A DNA stretch of 55,188 nucleotides, filler included, from Catajapyx aquilonaris (taxonomy: Eukaryota): NCBI GenBank assembly GCA_000934665.2. It is 4 parts of 4 records of this genome, joined end to end, with 100 filler letters (N's around TTAATTAATTAA, not from the genome) between each part and the next. Parts side by side here need not be neighbours in the genome. Positions count along the whole stretch, not along the records: positions 1 to 13,716 come from JYFJ02008014.1; 3 more parts are not named here. One strand, written 5' to 3'. Made by a program: the position numbers and the translations under genes. Under the pieces are notes generated by a model that worked only from the letters and a program-made list of their open reading frames with translations, had not been told where the DNA came from and did no database searches. Shown in pieces: positions 1 to 11,249 of this stretch (within the stretch, counting starts at the first letter, position 1; each line of letters opens with the position of its first letter).

Positions 1-83
1 ATGTGTAGGTTATAATTATACGAAAGTATGTAAAACTCTATCTTTTCCTCTGAATAGGTATGATTTTCTTCTGCTTTCTCATA

Positions 84-470
84 TTACGCTTTTTTTTGTT
101 CTGGTTGTGCGAATTGGACATCTGCTACACCTGATCGCATAGCCCATTCGCGATCCTTAACCACTTCTGTCGATGCCTTATTAGCCCTTTTGAGTATGGA
201 TAAGTCTTGTCGGTAAATATATCTCAATCTATCGTACTCCATAATAGCAGACTCTTGAGCCATGATGTTAGTAAAGGAGGCATTGATGAGATGCACTCCA
301 TTGACACTTTTAACTCTGGAAAGAGCCACGTAGGCTTGACCGCACGAGAAGACAGAGGAACCAATATCGATGAGTGCATTAGTGAGACTAAGGCCTTGGC
401 TCTTGTGTATGGTAATGGCATACGCCACACAAATTGGGAATTGTTCCCAGTACACATAGGCTGTTGATGA
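84..470 (-). mobile_element. PIF1-family (SF1B) helicase C-terminal fragment, probably a Helitron/Helentron RepHel remnant
   Basis: ORF 84..455 has the PIF1 motifs QFPICVAYAITIHKSQGLSL and GQAYVALSRV. The upstream coding part is replaced by a GTATTT-rich repeat at about 481-540. No introns and TE-dense context. Confidence 0.8.
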
Positions 471-869
471 ACTCGAATTTTGTATTTTAGGTATTTAGGT
501 ATTTGTAGTTGTATTTGTATGAAATATTTGTATTAGTATGAAATGCAATCGCAGCTTCAGTCAGATAGCTAGCGATAGAGGCAGTGACGTAGCCAGGAAT
601 CCAGGGGGGGAGGTGCGCCGCAGGCGAAATATTTTCGGGTTGAAGGTCACACGAGCTTCGGTGAATATGGGAGATTTGAATGGGTGTGTATTAGATGAAA
701 TTGGTATAGCACTTTCCCCCCCCCCCAAAAATCATGAATTAGTAATTTCCTTGACATGATTTTTTTTAAACCACCATATTTCTGGGGGGGGGGGGGNACG
801 TCGTTGGCTAGCGGTATGCAGGAGGGGGGGGAGGGGGGTGTGAGGAGATGAGAACGTGGGAGGGCAGGA

Positions 870-1372
870 GGAGCACCAGCATAACTGATGGAAATTCAAA
901 GTAAAAAGTCATCCGTGGTAAAAATGCCGCATCTGGTAAAGCAGCAGCAGACTTCGCGAAAATAATTTTTTTTGAGCATTTAGACTCAAAAAAGTGCCGT
1001 TTTCAGATTTATTCTGATGTTTGTTTGACAAGCTCTACCAGCATAACAAATTTCAGCATCCTAGGACCTCTGAAAGTTCCATATAATTTTGATGATCAGT
1101 CAGTCAGTGAGTGAGTCAGTGAGTGAGTGTCATATTTTGGCCGTTTCGAGAGTTTTTATGATTTTTTAAGTCGGAAATGAAAAGAGATATGAACATGGAA
1201 GTAAGGGGGCATTATTTTTAATCGATTTTTATTTACCCAAATAAAAATTTTGAAGCCACGTGTGTTCACCAGGGCGAAGATTCGAGGGGGTCAAAATGAC
1301 GTGAGTTGTGTCGGGTAAAGGTGGTCCGGCAGTGCGGCGAGAACTTGGCGGGGGCACTGCCGTGCCCCCTAA
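870..1372 (+). mobile_element. Non-autonomous Helentron/HINE-like element; boundaries approximate
   Basis: Internal (CAGT)n/(GAGT)n microsatellite at 1097-1128 and a GC-rich terminal hairpin GGGGGCAC-TGCC-GTGCCCCC at 1350-1369, an arrangement typical of DINE-1/HINE-type elements. Confidence 0.45.
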
Positions 1373-1421
1373 TACGCGTTTCACAGGCAAAATGTCTTAC
1401 GTAGAATCAACTGAGGAGCTC

Positions 1422-1665
1422 CCAAGCAAAAGCAGCTAACTCCATAATAAGAAACTATACAGGAGAGGAGAAAAACTTGTCATTTGGAAACGGTTGCGAA
1501 CTGAAAGTAGTTGATGGGGGAGTCATGGAATGACATTTTTATGCATAGGCCTATTTAACGTAAGTTTTGAAAATCGTGGATTGGTAGTTTAGCCACGAAT
1601 TAGGAGGTCGGTTTGGAGTTAGCTGATTTTGCTTCGAATCCTCTGGAGTTAGCTGGTTTTGCTTG
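1422..1665. mobile_element. MITE-like element with inverted repeats
   Basis: CAAGCAAAAGCAGCTAACTCCA (1422-1443) and TGGAGTTAGCTGGTTTTGCTTG (1644-1665) are reverse complements with 1 mismatch. An extra partial copy lies at about 1614-1634. Confidence 0.55.
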
Positions 1666-1774
1666 AAAAAAGTATTTTTCCAGCAGAAATTATTTTTTAA
1701 CAATAATTATGGAGAAGGTTGAAATCCTGATTCCACCACTCCTGTGACAGTCACATGTATATGTTACGGTCAAT

Positions 1775-2500
1775 GTGTCCAACCCGGGCATTCTATAAAA
1801 TGACCGGGCACTGCAAAGAATGCCCAATTTTTTGGGCATTCTGTATAATGTCCTTAACACGTTTCGGTCAATGTATAAAATGCCCGGTCATTATACAGAA
1901 TGCCTATAGAGGGTGGTGGTCAATGTATTGAATCGCTCTGAGAATTAAATTTTTTAAATGTGTTTTTTATTGAGAGTTCACAAGGTCAAACCTTTTCAAA
2001 AGCCAGTAGTGATGTATGGGAAGTTTTTTCCCTTCTTACTGCTCGAAACATCTTTGGCTTCTTTGACAGCGCGTATTCGATCCTCGTATTGATGAGTAGT
2101 AAGAAAGGTGCTGTTATATCCTTTTCTCCACTTACGAGACCGACCAGCCTTTCCTGGAACGTTTTCCGCATTTCACTCACGTCCATGGCGATGAAACACA
2201 AAAAAAATATAGCACAACTTCAAATTCGAATACGGAGAAATACTTAAGTGAAAATATAAAACACGACTGACAAGGCAGACACGTCTATCTGAATAGAATA
2301 ATGTGTAGGAGCTATAGGCAGAGTAGTCTACAAGCGATAACAGATGACGATAAAAGAATCAACACATTGCCCAACGAACTGTGGGCATTATATATAATTC
2401 CCGGCCCATGACTGTGTGAAATGCCTGCCCATTATACACATTTCCCAAAATATTTGGCATTCTATACAATGCCCCGGTCATTTTACAAAATGCCCATGGC
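1775..2500 (-). mobile_element. Degenerate DNA transposon with GGGCATT-rich inverted ends and an N-terminal fragment of a Ginger/KRBA2-like integrase-transposase
   Basis: Inverted arms at about 1786-1840 and 2445-2496. Reading the minus strand across two frameshifts gives MDVSEMRKTFQERLVGLVSG / GYNSTFLTTHQYEDRIRAVKEAK / YWLLKRFDL, which resembles KRBA2/Ginger N-termini (recalled, not searched). Confidence 0.5.
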
Positions 2501-2515
2501 TCTAGCACGGGGTAC

Positions 2516-2627
<112 letters not shown>

Positions 2628-2716
2628 ATGGATGGAAAAGCTGAGTACCATGTTTGCACATTTGCATCCGAATGTTTTCTACCCCCTGATGTTTGCTCTG
2701 TTGTTGCATTTTTCAG

Positions 2717-3748
2717 TTGGCCATATAGTTTCATCTAGTAAAACATTCACCGAAATAGCTACTTGGGATCCGCAATTCTCTTATGAGATCGACGGCGTGA
2801 TGGGATTGGGCTACCCGTCTCTTTCCACCATCGAGCAGACACCTGTTTTTCTCGCTTTATGGGAGATGAATGTACTGAGAGAACCGGTGTTCTCGTTCGA
2901 ACTGTGGCACGTATAATTTTGAAACCATAAAATATTTAGTAAAAATTAGTTCCAGTGTCAAGTTCTGCGTAAAACAACTATTTCTGATTACACGATGCCG
3001 TTGCACGACAGGGATCTGGACCATTCGGAATACTATAGCAAAAGGATGGCTACATTGACGCTGGGAGGAGTCGGCGACGTGTCCTTCCAAGAGCCCATGA
3101 AGTGGTTGAATGTGGTTCCTGATCCGAAGACAGGTAAGATGAAGCACTGGGAGGTGTTCTTGGACGACGTGAAGATAGGCAACTACAACCGAAACTGCAA
3201 GATTCGTGGTTGCCGAGCCAGATTCGTCACCTCGAAGCACCTCATCTTTGGTCCACCCAGCATTGTGGGCGGCATTCACGGACGTATCGGAGCCTGGCTT
3301 CAATCAGGAAACTACCAAGTGAAATGTAACCTGAAAGACTCCTTCCCGCCTGTCACCTTCGTCTTTGGCGAGTCCAGCTTCACCCTGACTGCAAGCGAAT
3401 ACATCTGGGAGGTAAGGAATATTTTATAGCGTCAAATTGAGTGACGGTGGCCTGACCCTTTTTTTTCAGGCACATGGCGATTGTTTCTCCGCGTTCAAGC
3501 CGTCGGAAAACGAGGAGGATGGCTTGTGGATCTTTGGTAACATGTTTCTGCGCGTATTTCACGTTGCTTTTGATATGGGCCGGGACAAGGTGGGGATTGT
3601 TCAACTCAAGAAGCCTGCGAACAATAAGACTACGAAGAGTACGAACGCGGCGATTGGGAATATGTCGTGGAACCAGGACCGAAGATGGTGTACTGCCTTC
3701 TTGGTTGTGGCGTTCACGTGGCTGCGAATGCACGCGGATGTTGCGTGA
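2717..3748 (+). pseudogene. A1 aspartic protease paralog A: 3' part only (exons about 2717-2910, 3012-3411, 3470-3748), second catalytic motif lost, probably non-functional
   Basis: Contains DGVMGLGY, LTLGG, VTFVFG and WIFGNMFLRVFHVAFD..KVG. The second DTG motif reads RFVTSKHLIFGP. Splice phases at 2717 and 2910/3012 do not match the intact paralog. 5' exons are not found in the window. Hydrophobic C-terminal tail. Confidence 0.75.
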
Positions 3749-4016
3749 ATTTTTGGGCTACGATCAAGGTGGAAAGATGGCATGGTGTCAGTCAAAATTT
3801 GGTAGTGGTATAGTTACAACTTTTGTCATCATTGTAACCTTTTATTGAGAGAGAACTAAATCACAGGGCGTACTCGGAATAAAAATTAAGCAGTACTGGT
3901 ACATTAATTTAACTTTATTTCGATTGTGTTGCAGCCAGTAATCACTGGCCTTATGAGCGATTCAGTTACAGAATGATCAGGAAGAGCACATCCGGTCAAT
4001 TCAGATTTATCAATAA

Positions 4017-4326
4017 AACTAGCTGCGATACCCGTTCTTCGCACGAGAAAAAAAAAGCATTCTGATTTATACAGAGATTTTTAAAACCAATTGCTCATTC
4101 ATCCCTTGCTTATGCAGGCAACGGAAGGGTGTAAAAATTCTGGTTTGCTCTTGAATGATAATAATGCTTGGAAACAATGCTTGGAAAGATCTATGTATAA
4201 ATCTGAACGTTTTTTTCCCGTGCGAAGAACGGGTATCGCGGCTTGTACAGTACTATACGTACATGCAGGTTTTAAAAACTTTCGTAATTTATCAATCCCA
4301 ATGCGAAGAACGGGTTCCCTGCTAGT
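4017..4326. mobile_element. Mini-Helitron remnant with three 3' termini (one inverted) and a Rep fragment
   Basis: Terminus CCCGTGCGAAGAACGGG..CTAGT occurs on the minus strand at 4017-4046 and on the plus strand at 4217-4247 and 4297-4326. The internal peptide GCKNSGLLLNDNNAWKQCLE resembles the Helitron RepHel 'AC..LGLL.DD..W..CL' segment. Confidence 0.65.
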
Positions 4327-4399
4327 ACTGTCAGAGGGAGTGTAAATGTTCTGTGCTCATGTTGTGTTTCACTTCTTGCAGCCTCTCATCACAGCCTTT

Positions 4400-4908
4400 T
4401 CAGTTGCACGAGGAAGATGAAAAACACAAGGAAAGTCACATTTGTAGATAAACACACACTGTTCTTGATGACTCAAATAAAAAAGCCGCCTCATCCATGC
4501 AACAAACGTGAAGTGGAAAAGTTTCCTTTGTTCATCCTCCTATAGGGTGCGAAGTCTGGAATGAGAAGTTTCCCCATGCCTAAGCCTCTCCAGAAGCCCA
4601 GATCTTATCCCAATTGACTTTTTTGTGGAGTCACTACATGTGTGGAGAAAAGATTCGGCATCTCCATCACCTATGAGATAGGATCACTATGCTGGGGACT
4701 ACAGACATGTCTGAGCGGATTAGGCACGGCACCGATTATGGTATTTGCATTTTCTGAACGACACATGGAGCTCATATCGAAACAAACTATGCTAAAAGCA
4801 AACCATTAGACCTTTCTTAGCAATTAAAAACTTAAATTACTTAGATGTCTACAAGTTTTCGAGTTATAGGGTTTTCAAATCCGCGCATTCTTTTTCGATC
4901 ATCCTATA
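4400..4908 (+). mobile_element. Degenerate Tc1/mariner-superfamily transposase remnant
   Basis: PRSPDLIPIDFF(V)W-like motif at about 4590-4630, a downstream HGAHIE C-terminal motif at about 4763-4781, and a TIR-like end at about 4890-4908. Multiple frameshifts. Confidence 0.6.
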
Positions 4909-5089
4909 GGTATAGAGTTCTTGAATCAGTTCATCTGCCGACATGTGTTATGAAATTTTTAACTCTGCAATATTGGTGAAATTTTTGCTGCTAGTTGAGG
5001 TGAGTCCACAATGAAGATCATTAATTTGCTTTCCGGTACCGTAACTTGGAGTGACTTTGAGCCACTTTTTGTATGTGCAATTATAACTC

Positions 5090-6744
5090 ATGAACCATGA
5101 GAGACGTCTCTGGGATACCTACCAGAGAGGTTGTGTTTTTGGTCCGCTCCCGTTTATAATAGCCTCTGCATTTGACTTGAGCATTTTGCTGAGCGCTCGA
5201 AGTGTGAATGGTCGGGTCGATGGCAGCCATCACAGCCAGGACCTTGCGATTGCTCTGGAGACACTGAAGACTGACTTAAGAGCAATGCTCCAAAGGGACA
5301 CACACGAGTGTGTTGGCAAGTTGGAGGAGAAGGTGGCAGCCGGTTTTGCTGATATTCGTGAGGACCTGGTAGCGAGCCTGCAATGGACCTCGCTGCTGGA
5401 TGATGAGAATCGAATACTCCGTAGTGACCTGGACTACCTGCAGCAGAATAGAAGGTAACATCCCTCGAGAACCAGTCAAGAAGGGCAAACCTGATACTGT
5501 ACGGGGTTTTGGACCAGCAGATTGAATCGTGGGAGGACTCAGAGAGAAGGGTGCGGAAAGTATTGGGAGAGTTTAAGCTCCACCCAGGCCCAGAAAATGT
5601 GGAGTTTCAGCGGGTCCATAGGCTTGGCAAACGCCCGGGGAATCGGCAGATAATTATGATGTTCCTCAGGTTTAAAGATAAAAGCTTGGTGTTGAGTAAG
5701 GCAAGGCAGCTAAAGGGATCGAGCATGTCAATAAGTGAAGACTCGTGATAAGGAGACTCGTGACATAAGGAGGGCCTTGATGCCCTATTTGATAGAAGCC
5801 AAGAGGACAAACAAGAAGGCCATTCTCAGAATGGCGACTCTGTTAATTGATAATGTGCCCCATTGGATGGAGGGAGGTGCACTAGTGAAGGGTAAACAAC
5901 TGCCCAGTCGACAGGAGGCTCCAGCTGGTGCGGTTGCTACTGGATATCAACGGGAAGGAGGGGGGAAGCGGAACCTTTCAATCTCGCCGGATGTACCGAA
6001 GAAGAGTCACAAAGCAAGACCAGGCAGCTATGCGGCGGTATAGTGAGCATTGCAGAAGACGAGCAGCATCATCGGAGTGAATCGAGTGAACAGAAAAAAG
6101 TAGTGCGTAGACTCCTAAAGAAATGGAGGTTGAGTAATTTGTCAGAAGACAGGGTAAGCTACGTCACAAACTTGAGACGCTACAAAAATTTAAAAAAGGG
6201 CAAACAGAAGTTATATTATGCTTCAACGGTGAACAAACTTTTGAACTCCCCATCATCCACGGTGTTTTGGAAGACTATTAAAAGCACCAAGCGAAGAGAA
6301 CTGTGCCTAGAATAGACTCATCAGTGTGGTGGAATTATATATTACAGGGTTATACCAGGTAAACTACGATAGTGAAGTTGTTGTGAATATGGAAATTCCT
6401 TTTGTGGTAATGACCCCGTCTGACCCTATTCTAGATATGCCGTTGTCCTTGTCAGAAATTTCTGATAGAATTCAATTGCTATAAGAAAGAATAAAGTTAC
6501 GGTGTGGCCAGACGTAATTCCTAATGCGATGATCAAAATACTCCCTTTGCATTTGATGGAGTTTCTAAGAGAACTCTTTAATACCTGTTTGGACAAATCA
6601 GCTGTTCCGACAAACTGACCCTTCAGCTAGAGTGGTTCCGATATACAACAATGGGGATGCGCCCTGTTGGATTGATGTACAATATGTGGTAGCCTGGAGC
6701 ATTCCCCCCCCTAAGCCCGAAAGGGCATCACGGGGGTAGACAAA

Positions 6745-6787
<43 letters not shown>

Positions 6788-6788
6788 A
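5090..6788 (+). mobile_element. Internally deleted non-LTR retrotransposon (LINE): ORF1, partial ORF2, 3' stem-loop and (AAAT)n tail
   Basis: ORF1 has a coiled coil and an RRM-like VEFQRVHRLG..RQIIMMFLRFKDK..SISED, broken by stops. The ORF2 piece (6043-6660) has FWKTIK, LDMPLSLSEI, PDVIPNAMIK, RELFNTCL and VVPIYNNGD. The endonuclease and RT core are deleted. Hairpin at 6704-6738 is followed by (AAAT)n. Confidence 0.8.
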
Positions 6789-6989
6789 CTCATGAACCAT
6801 GATTTGAAAATAATACATGTGTAGCGGCCTGGCAACTGGATCGTTGACTGTTGCCTGGACGCTGAACCTGCTCAGGGCAACACACATGGCCCACAATAGA
6901 CGACGACATTTCCGACCCTGCTATTGTTGAGGAAGAAGCGGAGAGACATTGAAGTTCAGCACAAAAGTCTATAGATCGGAAGCAAAACC

Positions 6990-7187
6990 ATGATAACCAC
7001 CGTCCCTTTCTTGGTCATCCTCACGTCGCTTGTCTCCAGCAGTCTCTGTCTGATCACGTAGGGTCCTTGTTATCACTCAAGTTACCATCCCTGACATTAT
7101 CCTCATTATTTCTGAACAGAATTCCCCTGACCAGGGTCAAGTCGGTAGCACCTTTTGAAATCAGCCAGGACGTGAGAAACCCTAGGT
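6990..7187 (+). pseudogene. Aspartic protease 5' fragment X (signal-peptide exon 6990-7057 and truncated exon 2 from 7120)
   Basis: MITTVPFLVILTSLVSSSLCLI, GT-AG intron, then IPLTRVKS. Same 68-nt exon 1 and same phase as the intact paralog. Homology stops at about 7187. Confidence 0.7.
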
Positions 7188-8580
7188 CATTCAGAACATG
7201 GGCAAGAAAACGCCCTGCAAGACAAGTCAAACTTCAGAGTCTGCATAACGTGAGTTGCATGTATAACATGGTAGCTTTCGTTGGTAAGCGTTCCAATGGG
7301 CCAATTGCACTCAATGTGAAATGCGAGCATTTCAGAGCTAAATTTGCCTTCGAAAAAGGACATTTCAATTTGAAACAGCCCATTAATATTTTCATAGCAC
7401 GAGGCCAACATAAGAAACTGTCAAAACATTTTTTAAATTGTCCCTATTGTATAGGCTCTATACATCGGACGCATAGGAATCGGAACCCCTCCTCAACCTT
7501 TCAACGTTCTTTTTGATCTAGAAGGAACCGACCTTTGGGTGTACTCTACTCGTTGTCCGGATAAGACTAATTATTTATGGCAAGATTCATGCCAGAGTGA
7601 GAGGATGATAATAATAATATTATTTCACTCAATTTTTCCTTGCACTGTGTCCGCATTTCTCATGCTTTTCCAGATCGCAGGAATAAATTCGACGGCCACC
7701 GGTCCCTGACATACAAGGCGAAAGGATGGGCCGTTGTTTACGATAAAGAGGAAGGACTGGCAGCTGACGGATTTTTGTCGCTTGATAATGTCAATATGAT
7801 CATTCAGTTGCACAAGGAACAGAAAAAAGACAGGTCAAATCAGATTTATCGAGTAATATTGGCAAAAACGTGAAATTATAGATTGTGGCGTGATCTGTCT
7901 TTCCTTTTCCCCACCCGAGTGCAAACATCCGGAAAACTATCTTCAATAACAGCATTCTTACGTATAGTTAGCTCATCTCATAATATTAATCAGATGTAAA
8001 AAAAAGAAGATAATTATATTAATTATGGTCAAGCGGTCCTTAGCGCCTGTTAGTTCCAGTGGAGCTATGAGACTCATCAGGTTCCAGCAAGGGTGCCAGG
8101 CAGTGCTGGACCTCGGAAAGAAGTTCATCTCCTGAGCCAAATGACAAGTCCCCGAGTCCTTATACTGCATGAGAAATGTGAACCTGACAATATTTGTACT
8201 ACGATCATGATCGTCCTATTCATACTTTACAAGCAAAAAGCGCAAATTGTAGAGTGTATGATCATTAGTAGAGATCCTCGAGTCATTAGTGACAGCCATC
8301 TGATAATGAGTTTCATGATTGTCATAACTTAAAATGAAATTAAAAATTCAGCTCCATAAAATGATTATATATAGAGTTTAGAAGATTTCTCTTGGTTCGA
8401 TTATTCCAGCTTATAATCGAGATGTTGTTACTTGGTTGTATACCATCTACCATAACTACCAAAAATTGTTGCATGTTTTTACACTGTTGTTGATGGAGAG
8501 TCAGAAACAATGACGTTCAGGTAAATTTACTGCCCGGCGCGGCAGAAGAACACGTTGTTAAATTTTCTTGCAGCAAACCA

Positions 8581-10435
8581 ATGATGTTGTCTATCACTCT
8601 ACTTGCCATCATACTCGTCTCGATTCGTTCCTGCTGCGGCCTGATAAGGTATTGCGGTTCCGTGTGATAGCAGCACATTTAGTCGTTTGACATGTACTTT
8701 TTTCCTGGCAGTATACCCCTCACCAAAATAGAACCAGCCAGGATGACGACCGTCGACAGTACAAGCACCACCTCTGACAGGGGGAACCTTACATTCAGAT
8801 CCTGGGGAGAAGAAGAGACTCCAGTGAATGTCCGGCTGCGGAACTACAACAATGTGAGGCACGCATAATATGGGAAACACTGCTTCATTATGTTTTCTAA
8901 ACATGTAACGAACTAACGACATGAAGTATAGGTCTGAACACTATAGTTAAAGTTCTTTGTCTTCAGGTCCAATACACTGGCCCCATATACATCGGAAGCC
9001 CACCACAACATTTCATGGTGGTTTTCGACACGGGTTCAACTGACCTCTGGGTTTACTCCCGAAGATGTTCGCGATCGTTTAAGCCATGCAGTTGAGTAGT
9101 TTAGCCTAATGTTTCTCTGTGCAATTGCTTCATTTCAATGTTTTCAGGGACGCGAAGCACTTACGACAGCGGAAGATCAAGGACGTTTGCTGGAAAGGGT
9201 CGTGATGTTAACTACGCATATGGATCAGGACCTGTAGTTGGACATCTGTCTGCAGACGACGTTCAAGTGAGTGGTCTACACACAGAAGAGAAGCGAGCAG
9301 CGCTGAGCATTGAAATTACGATAATTCATCTCCAATTAATCTAGTAACGATCCTTTTTAACACAGCTGGCCGGAATCACTGTAAAAGGACACACTTTTGC
9401 TGAAATTACTTCCGTGGGAGGAAATTTTTTGGATTATGATTTCCAATTCGACGGCATAATGGGAATGGGCTTCCAGGCTCTCTCCGATGACCAGAAGCCC
9501 CTCCTTTCCGAATTGTGGAACCAGCGACTCATCGACGAACCGATCTTCTCATTCTATCTGAGACGGTAACTATACTAATCACCCTTGGTCGCATGGGTGC
9601 CATATTCCTTTAGAGAAGTTGATAAAAACAACATGATAGTTTGAAAAACATGGCAGTGACCTGGATTCGCCTGCACAGGGAGGCCAAATGATCCTGGGCG
9701 GAGTGGACCACAAGTATTACAAGGGAGACTTGGTGTGGTTTCCTGTGGTTCCGGTCAAAGGTCGACCGCTTTTCTGGATGGTGCAAATGGAGCAGGTGAC
9801 AGTGGGTGGAAAGAGTGTGGGGCCCTGTTCATCTTTAGGTTGTCTTGCCATAGTGGACACTGGCACCAGCTCCATCCTTGGACCGGTGGACGACGTGGAC
9901 CAACTTCACAGCCTGATTGACGCCATTGAAATTCGTGTCGAAAATGGAGTTATATATGAGGTACAGTTTGATATGTGACACGTGTGCAAACGATCTTACA
10001 CACAGCCTATAACGATGTGTCACTACAAACAGGTGTCATGTTGGCGAGTCGACTCCCTGCCCGAGATCACTTTCACCTTGTCAGGCACCAGCTTCACCAT
10101 GAATGGGCCGGACTACATTAGGAAGGTACAGTACAGGCGACAAGTGCTGGTGGAAAGGCAATCGCAGGACTTACGGAAGTAATTGTGACCCTTTGCAGCT
10201 CGGATCAGGATGCTACAGTAAATTCCAGGGAGACAATATGGAGATCCCAAACACCTGGATAATTGGAGATGCGTTCATGCACAAATTCTACGTCGCTTTT
10301 GACATGCAGAAAGTCAGGGTTGGAATTGCTGAGAGCATCAACTCTGCTACCATGGCGTGGACTCCAGGACTGTTAGGATGGAATGTTTCGGTCCTGATAG
10401 CCTTGTGGTTTTACATGGACTTGTTTGCTGCATGA
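8581..10435 (+). CDS. Intact pepsin/cathepsin-D-family (A1) aspartic protease, paralog B; exons 8581-8648, 8712-8853, 8967-9090, 9148-9266, 9366-9565, 9657-9960, 10033-10125, 10199-10435
   Basis: All seven introns are GT-AG with compatible phases. Signal peptide [20 protein letters not shown]. Both catalytic motifs are present: VVFDTGS (Asp codon 9027) and IVDTGTS (Asp codon 9856). Also flap [12 protein letters not shown] and [19 protein letters not shown], plus a hydrophobic C-terminal extension. Confidence 0.92.
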
Positions 10436-10569
10436 TATCGGGAAAGTCCACCTGCGTGACTAATGAAGTCTACGAAAGAGATCACTGCATATGCCAGGAT
10501 TTTTGTCACTTTTAGGCTTTACGTATTATTTATGAAGGAATTGCAACTTAAACTAAACAGAGTAGAACA

Positions 10570-11050
10570 TAGTAGAAATGAAATAACAAATTCGGCTCCA
10601 AATAATTAGCTTTTAGAGCGCATTATTCATGGTTCATTATTCCAGCTTATAATCGAGATGTTACTACTTGGTTGCTACCATTTACCATAACTCCCAATGT
10701 TGCAAATATTTCCGACACTGTTGTTGAATTAGAGTCACAGACAATGAGACCGCGATGTTCTGCCACTTTCTGCCGCGGCAGAATAATACGTTGATAAATT
10801 ATCCGGTAGCAAACCCATGATGTCGTCTATCACTCTGCTTGCCATCATACTCGTCTCGATTGGTTCCTGCTGCGGCCTGATACGGTATAGCTTTCCTTGT
10901 GATAGCAGCACATTTTTAGACTCTTGACATGTACTTTTTTCCTGGCAGTATACCCCTCACCAAGATAAAACCAGTCGGGATGACGACCGTCGACAGTACA
11001 AGCAGCACCACCTCTGACAGGGGGAACCTTACATTCAGATCTATCTGGGA
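10570..11050 (+). pseudogene. Near-identical duplicate of the upstream region, exon 1 (10817-10884) and part of exon 2 (from 10949) of protease B; truncated
   Basis: Aligns by eye to about 8330-8810, e.g. ATTCCAGCTTATAATCGAGATGTT and the peptides [20 protein letters not shown] and [18 protein letters not shown]. Homology ends at about 11050. Confidence 0.85.
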
Positions 11051-11249
11051 CGGTAATTTTGCCACTTCAACATACGCTGTTGTCTCCAGATCCCATAGTT
11101 ACCATCCTATTTGGTGCAGACATTGTTGTACAGTAGTTATTGTTGAATAGTCAGCAATGGCCAAGGCAACGACGTTCTATGCCGTCATTTTTTTACCTGC
11201 CGCAAAAGATAATGTGTTGATAAAATATTATCTGGGCACAAAATCCACG

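Noticed and set aside
84..455. Cellular PIF1 gene
   Set aside because: Intronless C-terminal fragment cut by a repeat and near Helentron-like sequence; a TE origin is more likely.
6704..6738. Hammerhead ribozyme, SECIS or K-turn reading of the shared stem-loop
   Set aside because: No CUGANGA/GAAA-NUH core and no conserved tandem GA pairs across copies. Its position before the tail fits a LINE 3' recognition signal.
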